Shown: positions 49,980-61,200, counted from the stretch's first letter. The stretch: 64,000 bases of DNA from Anaerohalosphaeraceae bacterium (GCA_050309605.1 JBNRMN010000092.1:17928-81927), one strand, 5' to 3'. Translations and numbers: made by a program. The notes: generated by a model from the sequence alone, not told the origin.

Positions 49980-51129
49980 TACAGCGCCGATTTATCTGGA
50001 CTATAACGCCACTACGCCGCCGGATCCGCAGGTACTGGAGACGATGACGTTTGTGCTGCGCGAGGTCTTCGGCAATCCCTCCAGTCAGTATCACCGCTGG
50101 GGTCGAGCGGCGCAGGATAGCATCGAAACGGCCCGCGCGCAAACGGCAGCGCTGATCGGCGCATCGCCGTCGGAGATTGTCTTTACGTCCGGGGCAACGG
50201 AAAGCTGCAATCTGGCCGTCAAGGGCGTCGCCGCGGCCTATCGCGAAAGGGGCAATCACATCATCGCTTCGATGGCCGAGCACAAGGCCGTGCTGGAGCC
50301 GCTTAAGCAACTGGCCAATGATGGCATTGACATCACCTTGCTGCGACCCGACCGAAGCGGACGCATCACGCCTGAGCAGGTGCAGGAGGCCCTCACCCCG
50401 CAGACGATTCTCGTTTGTGCAATGGCGGCCAACAATGTGCTGGGCACGCTCAATCCGATTGCCGAGATTGCGGCTTTGTGCAAAAAACGCGGCGTGCTGT
50501 TATTTTGCGATGCGACGCAGGCCGCCGGCAAAATTCCGTTCCACGTCGAGACAAACGGTGTCGATCTGGCCGCACTGTCGGCGCACAAGATGTACGGCCC
50601 CAAGGGCGTCGGCGCATTGTATGTCCGCAGCCGCGGCCCGCGGGTGCGTCTGTGCCCGCTCATCCTCGGCGGCGGACAGGAACGCAGCCTTCGCGGCGGC
50701 ACGGAAAATGTCCCCGGCATTGCGGCTCTGGGCACGGCCGGTGAACTGGCTGCCCGCCAGCAGCCGCACGACGCACCGAGAATGCAGCGGCTAAGAGACC
50801 GTCTGGAAGAGGGTTTGACCGCCGCCGTTGACGGCGCCGAAGTGCTGGGCCGCCGCGTCGAGCGACTGCCCAATACCAGTCTGATCGTCTTTCCGGACAT
50901 CCGAGCCGAATCACTGCTTCGTCGATTGGCCGATGTGCTGGCCGCTTCCACCGGCTCGGCCTGTGACTCGGCGGCCGGACAATCCAACTACGTCCTCAAG
51001 GCCCTCGGCCTGGAACAGGACAAAATCGCCGGCGCCGTGCGGTTCAGCCTCGGCCGGTTCACCACCGAACATCACGTGGATACCGCTATCACAATCCTTA
51101 CCGATGCCATCCGCGCGCAAAACGACTGA
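49960..51129 (+). CDS. iscS: Cysteine desulfurase (IscS/NifS type)
   Basis: YLDYNATTP, FTSGATE, SAHKMYGPKG, RGGTEN, STGSAC (catalytic Cys), VRFSLGRFTT. Confidence 0.92.
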   Translation: MNTLNPDTAPIYLDYNATTPPDPQVLETMTFVLREVFGNPSSQYHRWGRAAQDSIETARAQTAALIGASPSEIVFTSGATESCNLAVKGVAAAYRERGNHIIASMAEHKAVLEPLKQLANDGIDITLLRPDRSGRITPEQVQEALTPQTILVCAMAANNVLGTLNPIAEIAALCKKRGVLLFCDATQAAGKIPFHVETNGVDLAALSAHKMYGPKGVGALYVRSRGPRVRLCPLILGGGQERSLRGGTENVPGIAALGTAGELAARQQPHDAPRMQRLRDRLEEGLTAAVDGAEVLGRRVERLPNTSLIVFPDIRAESLLRRLADVLAASTGSACDSAAGQSNYVLKALGLEQDKIAGAVRFSLGRFTTEHHVDTAITILTDAIRAQND

Positions 51130-51290
51130 TGGCGGAAATCGGCTATTTTGACTTTTTTAATCTGACCATACATCATCCGGTATTGGTTTTGACGCGGAAT
51201 TTTAGATGAAATTGTCTTTTTTTGAATTCAAAAGCTCTCCTTAACCATCTATAATAAAGGCTCAAGGACAGACAACGTATCGATCCTTTT

Positions 51291-51926
51291 ATGGACACTG
51301 AGAATACAAAAAATCCGGTCAGCTCGATGACCGACGCTGATTTGTTGCGGCAGTATCGGCAGGGGCAGGAATGGGCGTTTCGTGAGCTTGTAAACCGCTA
51401 CAAGGATTCGCTGTACGCCTTTTTGCGCCGGTTTGTCAGCCAGCAGGACCTGGTCGAAGACGTCTTTCAGGAGACGTTTTTGCAGCTTTACACCAGCCAG
51501 GACAGCTTTGACGTGGACCGTCCGCTGCGTCCGTGGCTGTTTACCATCGCGGCCAACAAGGCCAAAGACGCCTTGCGCAAGATGCAGCGGCAATCCTCAA
51601 TGAGCATGGGGACGTTGGCCGATGCCGGCGATGTGTCGATAGATGAGGTCGTGAATATACTGACCTCCTACGAAACGACCCCGGACGATGAGGTTTCCCG
51701 CGATGAAACCGCCCGTCGAGTCAGAGAGATTATAGCGGATATGCCGGAAAATCTGCGAGGGATTCTCATTCTGGCGTATTTTGAGCAATTTTCATACAAA
51801 CATATGTCCGAGATTTTGAGTATACCAATAGGGACGGTCAAAAGCCGCCTGCATACGGCTGTCGTGCATTTTATGAAAAAGTGGAAAGCTGCCAATCGCG
51901 GGACCGATAATTATGGGGTATCTTAG
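51291..51926 (+). CDS. ECF RNA polymerase sigma factor
   Basis: EDVFQETFL, PWLFTIAAN, YKHMSEILSIPIGTVKSRLH. Confidence 0.95.
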   Translation: MDTENTKNPVSSMTDADLLRQYRQGQEWAFRELVNRYKDSLYAFLRRFVSQQDLVEDVFQETFLQLYTSQDSFDVDRPLRPWLFTIAANKAKDALRKMQRQSSMSMGTLADAGDVSIDEVVNILTSYETTPDDEVSRDETARRVREIIADMPENLRGILILAYFEQFSYKHMSEILSIPIGTVKSRLHTAVVHFMKKWKAANRGTDNYGVS

Positions 51927-52992
51927 TTCGGAAGAACAACAATTAATTCTCGATTTTTATTTTCGCTGCGGCGCGGAGGATGACATCCTCCGCGGGCGCG
52001 ATCTGATCGCCTCCAATCCTGATGCCGCGCGTTTATATGCGGGGCTGGAAGAAGCGTTGACGGAGTTGGACAGCATCAAATATGAACCTTGCCCCGACAA
52101 CCTGGCCGAGCTGACGGTAGCCCGTCTGAAGCTGGCCGCCTCGTCCAAAGTTTCCGGCACAAGCAAACTTCAGGCCCTGCTTAAGGAACAGCAGGAACAG
52201 CAGGAATACCTTCCGACGGAGGATTCTAAGCAGGCAGCCCAAGGGCGGTTATGGCGGCCTGTGTTTGAGATTTTGGCCACTGCCGCAGCCATTGTTGTGG
52301 CGGCGGGAATTTTGTTCCCCTCGTTCGGAGCCATGCGGGAACGCAGTCGGCGGGCGGCCTGCGCGCAAAATCTGAGCCGGATCGGCCAGGCCATGGCGGT
52401 TTTTTCCAACGACCATAACGGCCGTCTCGGCGAGATCAAGGTCAAGACAGGCTCGCCGTGGTGGAAAATCGGATACCAAGGGCCGGAAATTCATTCGAAT
52501 ACCCGCTATGCGTGGCAACTGGTCAAAGAAGGGTATGTCGATGGGCGCGTTTTCGTCTGCGGAGGGCATATCGAGGGCCGACCGGTGCGCTATGAAGCCG
52601 GCCAGATGGCCGAGTTAAATGATTTTCCGTCGCGCCGTCATGTCAGCTACAGTTTTATGCTGTTGTGCGATAAAAACGACAGCCTGACAGACCGCTCGCG
52701 CAGAATTATTGCCGCCGATATGAATCCGCTTTTCCAGCAAATCCCCTTCCAGCCTTCCATTTATCATCAGCTCAACGAATTTGAACGTGTCCAGCTCAAC
52801 GAACAGCTTCGCCGGATGTTAAGCCCGAACCACCGACGCAAAGGCCAAAATTCTCTGTTTTGTGATGGTTCGGTGGAATTTATTCAGACCCGCTTCTATA
52901 ACCAGGATGACATCTTCACGATTGAGGGTGTCGATACCTATACCGGCAAAGAAACCCCCTTCACTCCCGATGATATTTTCCTCGTTCCCTAA
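51913..52992 (+). CDS. Putative anti-sigma factor: cytoplasmic N-domain, TM helix, DUF1559/H-X9-DG-like domain
   Basis: Overlaps sigma gene by 14 nt; TM ILATAAAIVVAAGILFPSF; RERSRRAACAQNLSRIG..F.ND; FVC; HRRKGQNSLFCDGSV. Confidence 0.8.
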   Translation: MGYLSSEEQQLILDFYFRCGAEDDILRGRDLIASNPDAARLYAGLEEALTELDSIKYEPCPDNLAELTVARLKLAASSKVSGTSKLQALLKEQQEQQEYLPTEDSKQAAQGRLWRPVFEILATAAAIVVAAGILFPSFGAMRERSRRAACAQNLSRIGQAMAVFSNDHNGRLGEIKVKTGSPWWKIGYQGPEIHSNTRYAWQLVKEGYVDGRVFVCGGHIEGRPVRYEAGQMAELNDFPSRRHVSYSFMLLCDKNDSLTDRSRRIIAADMNPLFQQIPFQPSIYHQLNEFERVQLNEQLRRMLSPNHRRKGQNSLFCDGSVEFIQTRFYNQDDIFTIEGVDTYTGKETPFTPDDIFLVP

Positions 52993-53066
52993 GAGCATGC
53001 ATCGCTGTTTTCCCCGCATGTGACTGTTACTGCGTCTTTGTTCCTTTCGACCAGTCCGGTTTGTTG

Positions 53067-53609
53067 TTAAACGGCCGAGGTCTCAAGCTGTCTGCGTGCA
53101 TCGAGAAAACTTTCAAGATCATTGAGGATCAATTGCCGCAGCAGTGATTTTCGCAGTCGTGCAACGTTCATCCCCAATACCTTTTCCTCAACGCTTGCGG
53201 CAACAGCACGGGCAGTCAGCGCATCAATCGCATGTTTTCTGACCAGCGATTCGGCCAGAAGCGACTTGTTCCAGGCGGCGGCCTGTGCGTTATCGGTAAT
53301 ATCGCCGAGTACCTCGATTCGCCGCCGTTTGAGTCGCCGCATCAGACGATGGCGATTCAGCGCCTCGGCGGCGTGGATAAACCCCGTGGCCGAGAGGACC
53401 GATTCAATCATCAGATGGATTTCATCGGTGGTGATGGCGCCGTTCGGTTTTTGACGATAAAGATAATAGGTCACCGCTTCGGCCATCTGTTCGGCGGCAA
53501 ACAGCGTTGCATCACTGACCAGAGCCAATGCGTTGTGAAAAGTGCCCAGCACTTTTGTGTGCAGGTACGGCTCGATTTGGCCGTCTGCTTTTATCACCCG
53601 AATCTGCAT
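53067..53609 (-). CDS. Stand-alone ATP-cone domain protein (two cone-like units)
   Basis: RVIKADG..EPY...KV; ITTDEIHLMIESVL; second unit WNKSLLAESLV..TARAVAASVEEKV..SLLRQLI. Confidence 0.75.
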   Translation of the reverse strand: MQIRVIKADGQIEPYLHTKVLGTFHNALALVSDATLFAAEQMAEAVTYYLYRQKPNGAITTDEIHLMIESVLSATGFIHAAEALNRHRLMRRLKRRRIEVLGDITDNAQAAAWNKSLLAESLVRKHAIDALTARAVAASVEEKVLGMNVARLRKSLLRQLILNDLESFLDARRQLETSAV

Positions 53610-53657
53610 GGTTCACCCTTTCCGATTCAGATCCATCACGATTTCGTCTTGTTCTGA

Positions 53658-54146
53658 CTATGGAAACAGGCCGGGTTGTTCGGGGGTGTCCAGTTCGGAG
53701 AAGGCCTGACTGACTTCATCCAGCAGGGCGTCGGCGTCGGTAAATTCACGGTACACGCTGGCAAAACGAATATAGGCGACTTTGTCGATATGGCGCAGAT
53801 GGCGCATTGCCCGTTCGCCGATATAGTCCGAGGCCACTTCTTTGTCGAAATTGCGAAATATGTCCTCTTCGATTTTGTCGGCAATGTCCTGAATCTGCTC
53901 GACCGAAACCGGTCGCTTATAACAGGCTTTTTGCAGGCCGGCAATAACCTTGTATCGGTCATACGGGACGCGGGCGCCGTCTTTTTTGATGACACTGAGC
54001 TTGACGCTCTCGCCGATGCGTTCATAGGTGGTAAACCGACGCCGGCACGCCAAACACTCCCGCCGCCGTCGAATGACCCTGCCGCCGTCGCTCGAACGGG
54101 AGTCGATCACCTTGTCGCGGTCTTCTTTGCAATACGGACACCTCAC
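53658..54146 (-). CDS. nrdR: Transcriptional repressor NrdR
   Basis: RCPYC..DKVIDSR, IRRRRECLAC.RRFTTYER, VAYIRFASVYREF. Confidence 0.97.
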   Translation of the reverse strand: MRCPYCKEDRDKVIDSRSSDGGRVIRRRRECLACRRRFTTYERIGESVKLSVIKKDGARVPYDRYKVIAGLQKACYKRPVSVEQIQDIADKIEEDIFRNFDKEVASDYIGERAMRHLRHIDKVAYIRFASVYREFTDADALLDEVSQAFSELDTPEQPGLFP

Positions 54147-54185
54147 CGTCTTGCTGTCCCTCCCTGACTCAGTCTCTTGCCTGAA

Positions 54186-54233
54186 TACAATTATATAGAC
54201 ATTTTTGGTATTATGAATAACAATATGTAGTGT
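54186..54233. promoter_or_regulatory. Tandem NrdR boxes upstream of nrdR
   Basis: TAACAATATGTAGTGT (54218-54233) fits acaCwAtATaTwGtg; degenerate TACAATTATATAGACA starts 32 bp away (54186). Confidence 0.65.
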
Positions 54234-54301
54234 GTCAACCCTATTTTTTTAATTATCGTCCCGGCCCAAACCGCATCGAGGGTTCAGGGGACTTGGGGGT
54301 G

Positions 54302-55915
54302 TCAAGTCCCGGCCATGGGCAATTTCAACCCGACAAACCCAATCGCCTTTTTGGGAACATCCTCGGCACATTCCACTTCTGATGATGCCAGTCCGTCAAT
54401 GATGATGGCGCTGCTTTCGGCGCCTTGCACATAAACGAGCGGCTGCCGACCGAACAACTTGACATTGCTGATGAACGACTCGGCCGCATTGTCCAGCAAA
54501 ACGGGGCGTCCCTCGGTGTGGATTGCAACGTCGTCAAGTCGAAGCGCCTTGACGCGGCGAACCACTGCACCGTTGCGCACATTGTTAAAGACGGCACTTT
54601 TGATATTGATGTTTTCCAGCCACATTTCGGGCAATCCGATCAATTCGATGGCCGTCGCCGCTCCGTCAACGCGGATATTGTTGAGGTACACATTGCGAAA
54701 ACGGGGGGGCGGACCGCCTTCGATGCCGCCGGCATAAGCGGTGTTAAAGTTGATTGCCTGGCGAGTGATGTTTTTCATGTGCACGTTTTCAATAAAAATA
54801 TTTTCGACGACATTGCCGCGTCCGCGTGTGGATTTGAAGCGTATGCCCCGGTCGGAGCCGTCGAATAAGGCGTTATGTACAAAGACATTACGGATGCCGC
54901 CGGAGGTCTCGCTGCCGAACACGACCCCGCCGCTGCCGGTTCGAACCTCGCGGGCGGTGAAGTTGCGAATCACGATATTCTCGCTGGGGATGCCGATCTT
55001 CAGGCCGTCTTCGTTCAGCCCGGACTTGATGACGACCGCATCGTCGCCGGTTTCAAGGTGGTTGTACTCAATCAACACGTTTTTACACGAATCGGGGACG
55101 ATGCCGTCCCCGTTGGGCGATTCGAGACTGTGGACGGTGATGCCGCGAACGATGATGTTTTCGCTATAGACCGGATGCACGTTCCACATCGGCGATTCTT
55201 TGAGTGTAATCCCTTCGATCAGGACATTCTTGGCCTTCCACGGCACGATAAACGACGGCCGCATCCCTTTCCGTCCGGCGCCTTTGCCGTAACGGCGCTG
55301 CTCAAGGGGCAGCTTGGCCGCCTGCTCTCGATTGCCCGCATCGTTGTCCCGGCCCCATTGCCACCACCAGCGACCGTGGCCGTGAAGCGTCCCTTTGCCG
55401 GTCACAGCGATATTTTCGACGTGAGGCGCATAGATCAGCGGCGAGTAGTTGTACGCCTCTACACCCTCATAACGCACATGAACGAGCGGCAGATAATCTT
55501 CCAAATCGTTGCTGAAATGCACAATCGCCCCTTCGGCAATATGCAGATGAATATGGCTTTTCAGATGGATGGGGCCGGTGAGCCACTGGCCTTCGGGAAT
55601 GAGAACCGTTCCGCCGCCGGCCTTGCTGCACGCTTCGATGGCCCGGCGAATCGCCTCGGTGCTTTTGTGCTGCCGGGCATCTTCCCATCGGCACTCTGCC
55701 GCGCCGAAGTCGCGAATATCGAATGTCCTGTCGGCAAATACCGGCCGTTTGAGCTGAGGCATTTCAAAAGGGGCACTGAGGGGTGCTATTTCATCAGGGA
55801 TCGATCCGGCGGTTGTCTGCTGGGCCGCCGCACCGGGTCCGCCCGGACCGCAGACCCCTGCACATACCATCACTGCCGCAAACATACATCGACGCGCCGT
55901 GCTGTTCGTTTTCAT
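54302..55915 (-). CDS. Glycoside hydrolase family 28 (polygalacturonase-like), secreted
   Basis: FDIRDFGA, TGPIHLKS, SPMWNVHP, NGDG, GDDAVVIKSG, FGSETSG, GIRFKS. Confidence 0.9.
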   Translation of the reverse strand: MKTNSTARRCMFAAVMVCAGVCGPGGPGAAAQQTTAGSIPDEIAPLSAPFEMPQLKRPVFADRTFDIRDFGAAECRWEDARQHKSTEAIRRAIEACSKAGGGTVLIPEGQWLTGPIHLKSHIHLHIAEGAIVHFSNDLEDYLPLVHVRYEGVEAYNYSPLIYAPHVENIAVTGKGTLHGHGRWWWQWGRDNDAGNREQAAKLPLEQRRYGKGAGRKGMRPSFIVPWKAKNVLIEGITLKESPMWNVHPVYSENIIVRGITVHSLESPNGDGIVPDSCKNVLIEYNHLETGDDAVVIKSGLNEDGLKIGIPSENIVIRNFTAREVRTGSGGVVFGSETSGGIRNVFVHNALFDGSDRGIRFKSTRGRGNVVENIFIENVHMKNITRQAINFNTAYAGGIEGGPPPRFRNVYLNNIRVDGAATAIELIGLPEMWLENINIKSAVFNNVRNGAVVRRVKALRLDDVAIHTEGRPVLLDNAAESFISNVKLFGRQPLVYVQGAESSAIIIDGLASSEVECAEDVPKKAIGFVGLKLPMAGT

Positions 55916-56017
55916 CCTGTCACTCCCGAATAAAGACTGCTTTGATTGTTTGGCTCAATCGTTACGATCTTTCGGGACACAGGGGCGGTCGGCGTCGGTT
56001 GTTTGGGTCTTGTCGGC

Positions 56018-57361
56018 CTATGTCCCGATGTGGCGTTCAATAAAGCTGGTATCGACCTGATTTTTGGCGAACAGGTTATGCGAGAGGATTTCCAGGCAGA
56101 CCGGAATGGTGGTCTTGATCGGCTCAATCCTGAACTCGCGCAGTGCCCGCTTCATCGTCGCAATGGTCTGTTCCCGCGTCGGCTGGTGGACAATCAGCTT
56201 GCCGACCATTGAGTCGTAATACGGCGAGACCATTGCGCCCTGACATAAATGGGTATCGACTCGCACGCCGGGGCCGCCGGGCACGATGAATTTTGAAATC
56301 CGCCCCGGACAGGGGGCATAGCCGTGCGCCGGGTCTTCGGCGTTGATTCGGCATTCCATCGCCGCACCGGTGTGCCGGATGTCGCGCTGACGCAGGTCAA
56401 GGGGCTGACCGGAAGCGATTTTCAACTGCCACTTGATCAAATCCTGTCCGGTCACCAGCTCCGAGACAGGATGTTCCACCTGAATCCGGGTGTTGACCTC
56501 AATGAAATAAAAACGTTTGTCTCGATCAAGCAGGAACTCCACCGTTGCGGCACTGTAATAATCGGCTTCTTTGATCAGCCGCAGGGCGGCACGGCACAGC
56601 TCTTCCCGCGTCTTTTCGTCCAGCACCGGACACGGCGATTCTTCGATGAGCTTCTGGTGGCGGCGCTGGATGGTGCAGTCGCGCTCGTAAAAATGCAGCG
56701 CATTGCCGTTCTGGTCAGCCATGACCTGCACTTCCACATGGCGCGGCTCAACGATGAATTTTTCGATGTACAGCGTGCCGTTCTTAAAGGCCGCCTCGGC
56801 CTCCGACCTGGCCTGACTGAACGCCTTATGCAAGCTGATATCGTTATGGGCGACGCGCATTCCGCGTCCGCCGCCGCCGGCGGCGGCTTTCAAAATCACC
56901 GGATAGCCGATCTTATTGGCCAGTTGAATCGCCTCGGCCTCGTTTTTGATCTCGCCCTCCGAGCCGGGCACGACCGGGACTTTGGCCTTGCGGGCCAACT
57001 CCTTGGCGGCGACCTTATCGCCCAGCAGGCGCATCGCGTCCGGCGACGGCCCGATGAACGTAATACCGCACTCGCCGCAAATTTCCGCGAAATGCGCATT
57101 TTCCGCCAGAAACCCATACCCCGGATGAATCGCATCCACATCCGCAATCTCGGCAGCGCTGATGATGGCCGGGATATTCAGATAGCTTTTGGCGGCAGGG
57201 GCCGGCCCGATGCAGACGGCGCCATCGGCCACGTCCACATAGGCCGCCTCGCGGTCCGCCTCGGAATGGACCACGATCGCTTCGACGCCCAGTTCATGGC
57301 AGGCGCGAATGATACGCAGCGCAATTTCGCCGCGATTGGCAATCAGTACTCGTGAAAACAT
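56018..57361 (-). CDS. accC: Acetyl-CoA carboxylase biotin carboxylase subunit
   Basis: [53 protein letters not shown]. Confidence 0.97.
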   Translation of the reverse strand: MFSRVLIANRGEIALRIIRACHELGVEAIVVHSEADREAAYVDVADGAVCIGPAPAAKSYLNIPAIISAAEIADVDAIHPGYGFLAENAHFAEICGECGITFIGPSPDAMRLLGDKVAAKELARKAKVPVVPGSEGEIKNEAEAIQLANKIGYPVILKAAAGGGGRGMRVAHNDISLHKAFSQARSEAEAAFKNGTLYIEKFIVEPRHVEVQVMADQNGNALHFYERDCTIQRRHQKLIEESPCPVLDEKTREELCRAALRLIKEADYYSAATVEFLLDRDKRFYFIEVNTRIQVEHPVSELVTGQDLIKWQLKIASGQPLDLRQRDIRHTGAAMECRINAEDPAHGYAPCPGRISKFIVPGGPGVRVDTHLCQGAMVSPYYDSMVGKLIVHQPTREQTIATMKRALREFRIEPIKTTIPVCLEILSHNLFAKNQVDTSFIERHIGT

Positions 57362-57422
57362 AACAGTCCAACCTGTTCAGTTGAGATTCATTTGCAGGAT
57401 TCCTGCGTCGCCGGTTGACGCA

Positions 57423-57887
57423 TTACGGACGCACGCGGAACAAGACCTGGCCGTATTCGACGGCCTGGCCGTCTTTGCAGCACACTTCGACAATCGTCCC
57501 GCCGGTTTCGGCCTTGATTTCATTCATCACCTTCATCGCCTCAATAATACAGACCACCGTATCGGATTCGACCCGCGAACCGATGGTTACATACGGCTCG
57601 GCATCCGGGCTGGGCGCCTGGTAAAAAGTCCCGACAATCGGCGATTTAATTTCCATCAATCCCGCTTGCGAAGCCGAAGCGGGCGCCTCGGCGGGCGGGC
57701 CGGAAAGCACCGGCGTCGGCTGGGGCACCGGCGATGCCTGAACCATCGCACCTTGAGCACCGGGGCGCTTTAAGTGAATTTTGGAATCCCCGTCCACCAG
57801 CTCGATTTCAACAAGATCGTGTTCCTTCATCAGATCAATCACATCCTTGACCTTTTTCAGATCCATCATATCGTGCCTTTCCGCCAT
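57423..57887 (-). CDS. accB: Biotin carboxyl carrier protein
   Basis: [27 protein letters not shown]. Confidence 0.97.
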   Translation of the reverse strand: MAERHDMMDLKKVKDVIDLMKEHDLVEIELVDGDSKIHLKRPGAQGAMVQASPVPQPTPVLSGPPAEAPASASQAGLMEIKSPIVGTFYQAPSPDAEPYVTIGSRVESDTVVCIIEAMKVMNEIKAETGGTIVEVCCKDGQAVEYGQVLFRVRP

Positions 57888-58263
57888 TGCGTCAGTTTAT
57901 TTTCTCAGTCTTTTATGTCGCTTTTTCTGTCTGGTTTAGCCACATAGTATAGTACACTGTCGCCATTTTGCAACTTTTTTCAAACCCTACTGTCGCCCGC
58001 CCGCGGCACCCTTAAAATCCGACTCAATTTGGCCGATTTTTCTTGCATTACAGGCCTGAATCGGCTATGATAACGTTCTACGGAGATCGGGCAACTAATC
58101 GTTCTCTCGGGGTAAATAAGCACAAAATTTATTTTTTCTGCAAGAAAACTTCGTCATTTTCAGCCCAGAGAGTCATTGCATAATAAAATGGCATGGACAA
58201 CGCCGAAAAATGGGGTCAGGATCTGATAAACGGTACGCTTTTCCATTAAATCAGAGGACAGTG

Positions 58264-61200
58264 ATGGTTGGTACAGGTTTTTGGCGGTGCAATCTCTTCT
58301 TTTTGGTTTTGTGCGGTGTTTCCCTTTCGGCGGCTGTTCCGGTTGCAGATGGCTTACTGTTTCATGCAGCCGCCGACGGTCTGTCCGGCTACGACCAGGC
58401 AGACCCTGTTTCGATGTGGCCGGATTTATCGGGCAATGACAACCATGCGTTTCAAACTGATTCCGGACATCGTCCCGTTTATATATCCAATGTCTTGAAC
58501 GGCAAGCCGGTTCTTCGGTTCGACGGCATCAACGACTATTTTTCATTGCCGGAATTGCCTGAGGTGGGCACCGTTTTTTTTGTCCTGTGCGAAGACCCCA
58601 ATGCGACGCCTAATTGGCGCCCTTTCATCTCCCATGCGCTGCCTGGCAACGAGCCGGCCAATTGGCACCGCGGCGAGAATCGAACATTTTGGTCGCAGCA
58701 ATGGGGCCAGCCCGTTGTCTATGCAGGTCAAACAAAAGTCAACGGCGTGATCGTGGACGGCTTGACGACGCCGATACCCACGTCGCATGCTCTGGTCTCC
58801 CAGATCAATCTTGCGCCGGTGCCGGCGAATCTGATCGGCCGCGACCGAAGTTTTTCAGATCGTGTCTGGCATGGCGATATCGCCGAGATTCTGCTGTATA
58901 ACCGCGCGCTCAACGAACAGGAAGAAAATGCTGTGGGCTGGTATTTGGCCCAAAAATACAATCTTGCCTCGGCGTATGCCTATCCGGGACTTCGGCCTGT
59001 CTATCCCCCCTTGCAGGCATTGGGAGTTCCGCGCACTGACGTGCAATTATCGTGGTGGACTGTGCCGCAAGCGGATTCTTATCGGCTTTATTTCGGCCGC
59101 TCGCTGCCGCTGCCGGTCGCCGCCGTGGTGTCGGAACCGGTCATGGCATGGGCGACTGCGCTAGAGCCGCAAACCACCTATTTCTGGCAGGTGGAAGCAC
59201 TCCGCGACGGCGACGTTGTCGAAACCGGTGACATCTGGTCGTTTCGTACCGCCGGCCCCTGGCAGGATTGCCCGCCGGCCGATCTGACGGGCGATTGCGC
59301 GGTTGGACTGGATGATTTGCTAGTATTGGCCTCAGAGTGGCTGGAGCCGGAGCCGACGCCGGCGGTGAATTTGGACGGACGCGACGGCGTCGATATGCGG
59401 GATTTTGCGATCATGGCAGATTATTGGGGACAGCGCATCGACGGCGCGATCATCAGCGAATTTATGGCGCGAAACAGGGCCGTCGTCCCGCTTCGTCCGC
59501 AGGATGTGCTCGATGAGGACGGCGACGCGTCCGACTGGATTGAGCTGCACAATACCACCAATCGTCCCATGTCTCTGAAAAATTGGTATTTAACAGACGA
59601 CCAGGACGACCTGACCCAATGGCAATTTCCGGATGTCACCCTGCCGGCGGGAGGGTATCTGGTTGTCTTTGCGTCCGGCAAAGACCGCACCGACCTGGAT
59701 GCACCGCTGCATACCAATTTTTCACTGGCTGCGGCGGGTGAATACCTTGCCCTGGTCTATCCTGACGGCCAAACGATTGCCCATACATACGGCGTTTATC
59801 CTGTCCAGTTTGCCAACATTTCTTACGGGATCAGCGAGGCCGGAACCGCCGCCATTCAAACCACGACCCTGCTGGCCGAAGGCGCACCGGCCAAAGCGTT
59901 CATTCCTTCCGACAGTGCCCTTGGCGACAGTTGGCGTTATTATGATTATGATGACCAAAACTGGCTGACCGGCTCGGTCGGCGTCGGCTATGAAGCCAAT
60001 CCCAACGATCCGATCCATTATGCCGATCTAATCGGTCTGGATGTCTCCGCGATGAGAGGCGCCAACACGACGGTGTATATTCGAATCCCATTCGAGGTGG
60101 ACGAACCTCAAAAAGTGTCCCAGCTGCATTTGCTGATGCGTTATGATGACGGGTTTATCGCCTGGCTTAACGGCGTCGAAATCGCCCGTGCCAACGCCCC
60201 GGAGACGCCCGCATGGAACAGTCGCGCCACGCGACAGCATCTTGATGAGGATGCGGTGATTCCGGAAGTTTTTGATTGTACGCTGGCCATTGAACACCTT
60301 CGCCGGGGAACCAATCTATTGGCGATTCAGGGACTGAACAGCTCACTGAACAGCTCAGACTTGCTGATCTTGCCCGAAATGGAATCTTTTGTGATGATTC
60401 CGCCGCCGGAGGAGAGGCTGGAAGGCTATTTTTCCGTTCCGACGCCGGGTCGACCCAATTACGCCGCGGATCTGGCCATTGGTCCGGCGATTACGCCGCT
60501 GGAGGAAAACCCGCCGCGTCCTGAGCCGGGTGAACACCTCATTCTTACCGCAGAGATCGCGCAGCATATTGATCCGGTGGCTGACGTTACTCTGCACGGT
60601 CGTCGGATGTTCCATCCGGAAGTGCAGTTTCCGATGCGGGATGACGGCGTCTGGCCGGATGAAACCGCCGGCGACGGTATTTATACCGTCCAGATTCCCA
60701 CCGACACTGTCAATCCGGGCGAAATGGTGCGCTGGTACTTTACCGCCGAGGATACCGCCGGCCGGCTGACGCGCGACCCGTTGTTTCCGCATCCGACCGA
60801 TTCGCCGCAGTATTACGGAACGGTGATCAGGGATCCGGAGGTGGACAGTCAAATGCCGGTCTTTGAATGGTTCGTTGAAAACGTCGGCGCCTCTGAAACC
60901 CGCGGCGGGACGCGCGCATCGGTTTATTACAACGGGCGCTTTTATGACAATGTCTTTATACGCATTCGCGGCGGCAGTACGGCCGGTATGCCCAAAAAAC
61001 ATTTCAAGTTTGATTTCAATCGCGGGTTTAATTTTATTTACGATGACAACAACCCTGCCGTCAGAGAAATCAACATCAACAGCACGTACAGCGACAAGGC
61101 CTATATTCGCCAGCCGCTGGCCTTTGAGGTGTATAATCTGTGCGGCAATCCGGCGAGCATGTCGTTTCCGGTACACAGTCGGCGCAACGGAGCGTTTTTC

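Noticed and set aside
51195..51255. Autoregulatory ECF promoter (GAATT..ATCT)
   Set aside because: Several weak alternative matches in AT-rich DNA; cannot be supported without the group consensus.
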